DNA of 22,776 nucleotides, from NCBI GenBank assembly GCA_031372065.1, contig JANMKN010000146.1, positions 1 through 22,776 of the forward strand, given 5' to 3'. Numbering within the stretch: the stretch's first letter is position 1; each line of letters opens with the position of its first letter. The stretch is from Abditibacteriaceae bacterium (lineage in GTDB: Bacteria > Armatimonadota > Abditibacteriia > Abditibacteriales > Abditibacteriaceae). Shown here piece by piece: positions 17,269 through 22,776 of this stretch. The position numbers and the translations under genes were made by a program. A model generated the notes under the pieces. That model made no database searches, had not been told where the DNA came from, and saw nothing but the letters and a program-made list of their open reading frames with translations.

Positions 17269-18774
17269 TTAATAACGATACGAGTCGGGCTTATACGGGC
17301 CGTTCACCGGCACACCGATGTAATCGGCTTGGCGGTTTGTCAGCGTCGTCAATTTGGCGCCGATTTTTTCCAAGTGCAAGCGCGCGACTTCTTCATCAAG
17401 ATGCTTGGGCAAGGTATAAACGCCCACCGCATACTCGTCTTTGTTGCGCCACAAATCAATTTGCGCGAGCGTTTGGTTCGAGAACGAATTCGACATCACA
17501 AAGCTGGGATGGCCGGTTGCGCAGCCCAAGTTCACCAAACGACCTTCGGCCAACATGAAAATGGCATGGCCGTTGGGGAAAGTATATTGGTCAACCTGCG
17601 GCTTGATGTTCAAACGTGTCACGCCGGGCGCGTTGTTCAAACGGTCAATCTGAATTTCGTTGTCGAAGTGGCCGATGTTGCACACAATGGCTTGATCTTT
17701 CATCTTCGCCATTTGTTCGAGCGTGATAATGTCCACATTGCCGGTTGTCGTGACATAAATATCGCCCCAACCGAGCGTGTCTTCGAGCGTGGTGACTTGA
17801 TAGCCTTCCATCGCCGCTTGCAGCGCGTTAATCGGGTCAATTTCCGTGATGACCACGCGCGCACCCATGCCGCGCAGCGATTGCGCCGAGCCTTTGCCGA
17901 CATCGCCGTAGCCGCAAACAACCGCGACTTTGCCGCCCATCATAACATCCGTGGCGCGCTTGATGCCATCGGCCAAACTTTCGCGGCAGCCATACAAGTT
18001 ATCGAATTTCGATTTGGTCACCGAATCGTTGACGTTGATGGACGGCACCAAAAGCGTGCCTTCCTGCTGCATTTTGTAGAGGCGATGCACGCCGGTTGTG
18101 GTTTCTTCCGAGACGCCGCGCCATGCGCTGACTACTTCGTGCCAATGATTGGGCGTGTCGGCGTGGACTTTTTTCAGCAAGTCCTTGATAACGCTTTCTT
18201 CATGGCTGTCGGAGGGAGAATTGACCCAATCGCTGCCATTTTCGAGTTCGTAGCCTTTATGAATGAGCAGCGTCACATCGCCGCCGTCGTCCACGACCAA
18301 TTCCGGGCCTTTGCCGCCCGGAAAACTGAGTGCCTGAAAGGTGCACCACCAATATTCTTCGAGCGTTTCGCCTTTCCACGCGAAAACCGGCACACCCGTC
18401 GCGGCAATCGCAGCGGCGGCGTGGTCTTGCGTCGAAAAAATGTTACAACTGGCCCAACGCACGTCGGCGCCCAAATCGGCCAACGTTTCAATCAGCACCG
18501 CTGTTTGAATGGTCATGTGCAGCGAACCGGTAATGCGCACGCCGTTTAGCGGCTTTTCTGCGGCATATTTGCGACGAATGGACATCAAACCGGGCATTTC
18601 ATGCTCGGCGACGTTGATTTCCTTGCGGCCCCAATCGGCTAAGGAAATGTCGGCGACTTTAAAGTCGTGCAGCGAAAATTCCATCTTCGCTTCGTGTTTG
18701 TTGGCAAGATTGCCGTCGTGATTTTTGCCGAGTTCGTCCAATTTGCCCGGCGCTTCCAATGTTTCTGTGGTCAT
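17269..18774 (-). CDS. ahcY: Adenosylhomocysteinase (SAH hydrolase)
   Basis: [52 protein letters not shown]-binding GYGDVG and [26 protein letters not shown]. Confidence 0.99.
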   Translation of the reverse strand: MTTETLEAPGKLDELGKNHDGNLANKHEAKMEFSLHDFKVADISLADWGRKEINVAEHEMPGLMSIRRKYAAEKPLNGVRITGSLHMTIQTAVLIETLADLGADVRWASCNIFSTQDHAAAAIAATGVPVFAWKGETLEEYWWCTFQALSFPGGKGPELVVDDGGDVTLLIHKGYELENGSDWVNSPSDSHEESVIKDLLKKVHADTPNHWHEVVSAWRGVSEETTTGVHRLYKMQQEGTLLVPSINVNDSVTKSKFDNLYGCRESLADGIKRATDVMMGGKVAVVCGYGDVGKGSAQSLRGMGARVVITEIDPINALQAAMEGYQVTTLEDTLGWGDIYVTTTGNVDIITLEQMAKMKDQAIVCNIGHFDNEIQIDRLNNAPGVTRLNIKPQVDQYTFPNGHAIFMLAEGRLVNLGCATGHPSFVMSNSFSNQTLAQIDLWRNKDEYAVGVYTLPKHLDEEVARLHLEKIGAKLTTLTNRQADYIGVPVNGPYKPDSYRY

Positions 18775-18795
18775 GTAATTCTTCCTCCGGGAAAC

Positions 18796-18825
18796 ATTAT
18801 ACCGAACTTAGTAGCGCAATATCAA
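18796..18825 (-). promoter_or_regulatory. Sigma70-type promoter for ahcY
   Basis: Minus strand TTGATA (18825-18820), 18 nt, TATAAT (18801-18796), upstream of the ahcY SD. Confidence 0.6.
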
Positions 18826-18846
18826 TGAATCATGATAAGTTGATAT
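18819..18846. promoter_or_regulatory. Putative SahR operator(s)
   Basis: atATCAA-N6-ATGAT (18819-18836) overlapping ATCAT-N6-TTGATat (18829-18846). Resembles the ATCAA-N6-TTGAT-type SahR palindrome as I recall it. Confidence 0.65.
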
Positions 18847-18856
18847 ATAGATTTTT

Positions 18857-19780
18857 ATGGAACTGTTGAAAGTTTTGCGCTTGCTTGGCGACGAAAACCG
18901 CGTGCGCGTTTTGCGTTTGCTAAATCGGGAAGAACTCAGCGTGGCGGAATTGCAAGAAATTCTCGGCATGGGCCAAAGCCGCATTTCGATGCAGCTTTCG
19001 CAATTGAAACAAGCCGGTTTTGTCGAGGCGCGTCGCGTTGGGCAAAAAAGTTTGTATCGCGTGACGGCGCCACCCGGCGCGGAAATTGTGCTGGGCGAAG
19101 TGCTGCAACGCAGCGCGGCGGAAATTAAAGAAGCGGCACACGACGACGAAGGTTTGGAACTGATTTTAGGGCGGCGCAAAGACCATTTGCGCACTCATTT
19201 CGATGAATTAGCGGGACGTTTTGGCCGCGATTATGTGCCGGGCCGCAGTTGGAAAGCGCTTTCCGAAATGCTGCTGCGCCTTTTGCCGCCGCTGGTCATC
19301 GCCGATTTAGGCGCCGGTGAAGCGACACTTTCGTTGCTGTTGGCGCAACGCGCCGAGCGCGTTATTGCGGTTGATAATTCGCAAAATATGGTCGAATACG
19401 GGCGCGCATTAGCCAAACGCAACAAAGTGAAAAACCTCGAATATCGGCAGGGCGACTTGGAAGAATTGCCGCTGCAAAACGCCGAAGTAGATTTGGTTTT
19501 GATGCATCAAACCTTGCATCACGCCTTGCATCCGCAGCAAGCGATTCAAGAAGCGCATCGCATTTTAAAACCCGGCGGCAGCATTGTGATTTTAGATTTA
19601 GTCAAGCACGAATTCGAAGCTGCGCGCGATCTTTACGCCGATGTGTGGCTCGGTTTTTCGCAAGTCGAATTGCTGGATTTACTGCGCAAAGCGCGCTTCA
19701 AAAACGCCGAAGTTGCCATCACCGACCGCGAAACCGAAGCGCCACACTTTCAAAGCGTGATGGCGTTTGCGAAAAAGTGA
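18857..19780 (+). CDS. sahR: ArsR-family HTH fused to a class I SAM-dependent methyltransferase-like domain (SahR-type regulator)
   Basis: LGDENRVRVLRLL..ELSVAELQEILGMGQSRISMQLSQLKQAG (ArsR); IADLGAGEA and HQTLHH...ILKPGG (MTase fold); divergent from ahcY; no SD before the ATG. Confidence 0.85.
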   Translation: MELLKVLRLLGDENRVRVLRLLNREELSVAELQEILGMGQSRISMQLSQLKQAGFVEARRVGQKSLYRVTAPPGAEIVLGEVLQRSAAEIKEAAHDDEGLELILGRRKDHLRTHFDELAGRFGRDYVPGRSWKALSEMLLRLLPPLVIADLGAGEATLSLLLAQRAERVIAVDNSQNMVEYGRALAKRNKVKNLEYRQGDLEELPLQNAEVDLVLMHQTLHHALHPQQAIQEAHRILKPGGSIVILDLVKHEFEAARDLYADVWLGFSQVELLDLLRKARFKNAEVAITDRETEAPHFQSVMAFAKK

Positions 19781-19782
19781 AA

Positions 19783-19879
19783 ATTCAACACAAAGAACAC
19801 AAAGGCGGCACAAAGACCACGAAGCGAATTAGAAAATTTGGTGTTTTTTTGTGAAACCTCTGTGTCCTTTGTGTTGAAT
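19783..19879. repeat. Palindromic element built from 9-bp CACAAAGNN units
   Basis: ATTCAACACAAAGAACACAAAGG (19783-19805) ... CCTCTGTGTCCTTTGTGTTGAAT (19857-19879): imperfect IR immediately after the sahR stop. Confidence 0.8.
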
Positions 19880-19993
19880 ACTGTTTTAATGCAATATCTC
19901 AATCGCGTCGCCGATTTGCTCGCGCAGACGCAGAAGCGCGGTTGGGTCGCTTTGATTTTTGCTGCTGTAGCGGCCTCCGACGGAGCGATGTGA

Positions 19994-21001
19994 TTATTTC
20001 ACACGCCAGAGCGTGATAACGCCGTTAGTCTCACCAACCGCCAAAGTGCGACCATCTGGTGAAAAAGCGACTGGATGGTTAAAGGAATTTAAGGAAGCAG
20101 AAGGCAATTCGCGCAATATTTTTAATGATGGATAAGCCAAAATTTCCATGTGGCCGTTGCCGCCGTGCGCTATCATATCGCCGGTTGGCGAAAGAGCGAT
20201 GTTTTCAACAAACAAATGACTGAATTTTTGGCGACCGTTTTTGATGTCGTAAATCGCCAAATTAGAGCCGGAAATGGCGGCGATAGAAGAATTATCGGGC
20301 CAAAAGAATATTTCACTTCCGGCCCAGTTTTTGACTTTGATAGTTTGAGGTGTATTTGGCGCGCGCACATTCCAAACCCACAGCGTTGGCCCCGAATGGC
20401 CCGGCGCATTGGCCGTCACTGCCGCGAATTTCTGATTGTCACTCGAAAAGGCCATGTGGTTAAGCGCTGTGCTGCGCATATCGGGGGTTTTTAAAATGGT
20501 TTGTTTTTCATCGGAGGCGCGCAGTAATGTCAGTGTGTCGGGAATCCATTTGTTGAGGTCGTCTGAAATCTGCATTTTATCGCCGCCTGCTGTTTGGCCG
20601 TCTGGCGACATAACCCAACCTCCAGCCACTTTTAAAGTTCGCGGTTGTTTTGTTGGCTGACTTGCATCGTAAATGCGCAGAAGATTCTTTTCATCAAGAG
20701 CGGTAATTTTGTTGTTGGTTGAAAATTGGATGTTTCGGTTTCCGTCGCGCGGCAAAACTTGATAGGTGCGATTTTCTACTGACCATAAATACAAGGTGCC
20801 GCCAATGTTGTTGACACCTCTATCGCACGAAACTAATTGCTTGCTGTCCGTCGACCAGACTATTTCGGAAATCGTGCCTTGATGGTGTCCTAAAATGCGC
20901 GGGCGCCAAGACATTCGCTCACGGATGACCAAAAACAGCAATAGCGGCAGAAGAAGCGAAATTACCCCGAATAAAAGTCGCTTTTGCAGGAGATTTTTCA
21001 T
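19994..21001 (-). CDS. Membrane-anchored WD40-repeat beta-propeller protein
   Basis: ATG 21001 (MKNLLQKRLLFGVISLLLPLLLFLVIRER) preferred over the track's TTG inside the repeat. WD40 units GHQGTISEIVWSTDSKQLVS-like..LYLWSV, MAFSSDNQKFAA..LWVWNV and VAFSPDGRTLAVGETNGVITLWRV. Confidence 0.9.
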   Translation of the reverse strand: MKNLLQKRLLFGVISLLLPLLLFLVIRERMSWRPRILGHHQGTISEIVWSTDSKQLVSCDRGVNNIGGTLYLWSVENRTYQVLPRDGNRNIQFSTNNKITALDEKNLLRIYDASQPTKQPRTLKVAGGWVMSPDGQTAGGDKMQISDDLNKWIPDTLTLLRASDEKQTILKTPDMRSTALNHMAFSSDNQKFAAVTANAPGHSGPTLWVWNVRAPNTPQTIKVKNWAGSEIFFWPDNSSIAAISGSNLAIYDIKNGRQKFSHLFVENIALSPTGDMIAHGGNGHMEILAYPSLKILRELPSASLNSFNHPVAFSPDGRTLAVGETNGVITLWRVK

Positions 21002-21035
21002 GAAAACAGCCGTTTTTCGCAGTTTATGATGCCCA

Positions 21036-21329
21036 AAAGACAAAATTGGCCTTCAATTATGCAAAAGTAAAGCTTCCTTTTGCATAATTGGTCTTTACTT
21101 TTGGAAATATAAAGCTTACTTTCGTGAAAGTAAAGCTCGGTTTTGCGTAACCGGCCTTTAGTTATGCAAAAGTAAAGCTTACTTGTGCGTAACCAGACTT
21201 CAGGTGCGCCTACCTAAAGCGGCGGTGAGCGCACCCGAATCTTGGGTGAGCGCACCCGGCCTTTGCTTTTGCGCGCCCGAAGTGCAGGTTCGGGCACCCA
21301 AAGTCCGGTTTGGCAGCACGCAAATCAAA
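21036..21329. repeat. Array of about 14 degenerate, quasi-palindromic 21-bp units
   Basis: Units start at 21057 (TTATGCAAAAGTAAAGCTTCC), 21078, 21099, 21120, 21141, 21162 (TTATGCAAAAGTAAAGCTTAC), 21183, 21204, 21225 (GTGAGCGCACCCGAATCTTGG), 21246 (GTGAGCGCACCCGGCCTTTGC), 21267 and 21288. Confidence 0.85.
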
Positions 21330-21362
21330 AATGGAGAATTGAGTTTGCTCAATTCTCCATTT
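21329..21362 (-). terminator. Intrinsic terminator downstream of the HD-GYP gene
   Basis: AAATGGAGAATTGAG-tttg-CTCAATTCTCCATTT; T-run on the minus strand. Confidence 0.8.
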
Positions 21363-21377
21363 GCTCATCGAATATCT

Positions 21378-21974
21378 CTACAACGGCCCGAAATCGGATT
21401 CGGAGATGGAAAGTTCGCCGAGCATTTCGACAATATCGGCTTGCCACCAGCCTTTTTCGATTTCCTTGCGCAAGATTCCCATGGCGTCGTCGTGGGCAAA
21501 GGCGCTACGATAAGCGCGGTCAGAACGCAGCGTATCGTAAACATCAATCACAGAGAGAATCCGCACCGAAAGCGGAATGGCGTCGCCTTGGAGCCTGTCG
21601 GGATAACCGGAGCCATTTAGTTTTTCGTGATGGCTGCGAATCAGAGGCAGGGCGCCGACCAACGAGGACAGCGACTTGCAAATTTGCACGCCAAGTAGCG
21701 GGTGCATTTTCATTTCCTCGAATTCCCAGTCGGCAAGGCCGGTTGGTTTCAGCAGGATTGAATCGGGAATGCCGATGTTGCCGATGTCATGTAATAGCGC
21801 TCCCAAACGCAAATTATGGAGCGTTGCTTCGTCCACGCCTAATTTTTCAGCGATTTCTACGGCGTAGCGCGCCACACGTTCCGAGTGCGGGCGGATGCGG
21901 AAATCTTTGGCTTCAGCGGCGGTTAAGAGGGCCTGCGCGATGAGTTCGACGGAATCGTGAGTAGAGATGACCAT
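21378..21974 (-). CDS. Stand-alone HD-GYP domain cyclic-dinucleotide phosphodiesterase
   Basis: HSERVA, LLHDIG, HP, HHEKLNGSGYPDRL and DVYD..RAYR. ATG 21974 chosen as start. Confidence 0.92.
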   Translation of the reverse strand: MVISTHDSVELIAQALLTAAEAKDFRIRPHSERVARYAVEIAEKLGVDEATLHNLRLGALLHDIGNIGIPDSILLKPTGLADWEFEEMKMHPLLGVQICKSLSSLVGALPLIRSHHEKLNGSGYPDRLQGDAIPLSVRILSVIDVYDTLRSDRAYRSAFAHDDAMGILRKEIEKGWWQADIVEMLGELSISESDFGPL

Positions 21975-22025
21975 GAAATGCTTTCGCAAACTTTTGACAA
22001 TACAACCAAATTAAAACACATTTTA

Positions 22026-22661
22026 TTATTGCTTGGTTGTTTCATTATCTTCGGGCGCGCCGTGAGGTCGAAACGGTGGCGTGGTGCCATCGGTATTCAT
22101 TGGGCCAGCAAAACCCAACGCTTCGTGAGCAGCGCGCGGCGCGTGCGGGCCGACAGCGGGCAAAAATGTTTGCCGTGGTTGCTTGCCGCGAAAAGTCATC
22201 GCCACTTCATCACAGGCGACCATAAACTTCGGGCAGTTGGTGCATTCGCTCCACACGCGCTGCGGCAATTTGCGCATATCAATCGGCACAAATTCCAGTT
22301 TTTCAAAAAATGACATCTTGTTCGTCAACGTGAAAACACATTCGATGCCCAGAGGCTCGGCTTCGGCCAAAACAGTTTCAACTAATTGGCGGCCCCATCC
22401 GTGACTTTGCACGGCATCGTGGACGGCCAACGCTTTGAGTTCAGCCAAGCCATCCCACGCCGAATGCAAGGCGCAACAACCTAAAACGCGATCTTCTTCG
22501 TCCACTAAAACGGTGTAATCGCGAATTTGCTCGTAAAGTTCGGTCAGGCTGCGCGGCAGCATATGGCCGTGTTTGTAATCTTCATCGGTGCGCGCCGCCA
22601 TTTCGTTGATTAAAGCCCGAATTTGCGGCACATCGCCGTTTTTCGCTTTGCGAAGTTTCAT
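22026..22661 (-). CDS. GNAT N-acetyltransferase, short ArgA-like (amino-acid N-acetyltransferase) with a C-terminal extension
   Basis: MLPRSLTELYEQIRDY, GCCALH..W..LAELKALAV, GWGRQLV, VFTLT..FFEKLEF and LPQRVWSECTNCPKF..CDE; SD AAGGGGAG. Confidence 0.85.
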   Translation of the reverse strand: MKLRKAKNGDVPQIRALINEMAARTDEDYKHGHMLPRSLTELYEQIRDYTVLVDEEDRVLGCCALHSAWDGLAELKALAVHDAVQSHGWGRQLVETVLAEAEPLGIECVFTLTNKMSFFEKLEFVPIDMRKLPQRVWSECTNCPKFMVACDEVAMTFRGKQPRQTFLPAVGPHAPRAAHEALGFAGPMNTDGTTPPFRPHGAPEDNETTKQ

Positions 22662-22707
22662 ATCACAAATTCAAATCTCCCCCTTCTGCGTCCCTGCTGT
22701 GAATTAG

Positions 22708-22776
22708 TTACTCGAAAATTTCTTGGACAGGTAACTCGAAGCCGGGCAAAATTTCGCCTCCGGGCACGATGTCGCC
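22708..22776 (-). CDS. 3' end of a Uma2 (DUF820) family endonuclease-like protein (partial)
   Basis: Manual translation GDIVPGGEILPGFELPVQEIFE-stop matches the typical Uma2 C-terminus (GxxxLPGFxLxVxEIF). Confidence 0.75.
   Translation of the reverse strand, partial: GDIVPGGEILPGFELPVQEIFE

Noticed and set aside
17329..18549. 406-aa + strand ORF
   Set aside because: Antisense shadow of the highly codon-biased ahcY.
18775..18856. SAH/SAM riboswitch upstream of ahcY
   Set aside because: The predicted leader is too short; the region is explained by the promoter and protein operator.
19994..21329. Diversity-generating retroelement (WD40 target plus repeats)
   Set aside because: No reverse transcriptase and no template/variable repeat pair differing at adenines was seen.
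21183..21943. + strand ORFs 21183-21620 and 21242-21943
   Set aside because: They start in array 3, cross a terminator and are antisense to the HD-GYP gene.

Overview
Bacterial chromosomal window of roughly 50-55% GC by eye. The Pro-rich TPR proteins, membrane-anchored WD40 protein, Uma2 gene and repeat-rich intergenic DNA suggest Abditibacteriota/Armatimonadota; this is an unverified inference. Genes from left to right: a partial and degraded MBL-fold gene; two coupled TPR envelope proteins; an alpha/beta-hydrolase-fold protein lacking its catalytic triad next to a PAS hybrid histidine kinase; an AT-richer MvaI/BcnI-family restriction endonuclease plus N4-cytosine methyltransferase; an uncharacterised helical 244-aa protein; a GlsB/YeaQ/YmgE protein; 2-oxoacid:ferredoxin oxidoreductase alpha/beta; a degenerate TagO/WecA-like domain fused to TagA/WecB; ahcY divergent from an ArsR-methyltransferase (SahR-like) with visible operators; WD40; HD-GYP; an ArgA-like GNAT; and a partial Uma2. 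The most unusual signals are non-coding. (1) Three intergenic arrays with different consensus sequences but the same strict 21-bp period and mosaic, partly inverted units; one abuts the R-M/244-aa-protein block. (2) No CCWGG site found by manual scan in 22.8 kb. (3) Several palindromic REP/MITE-type elements, one flanked by a 20-bp duplication of a gene 3' end and one nested inside another REP.
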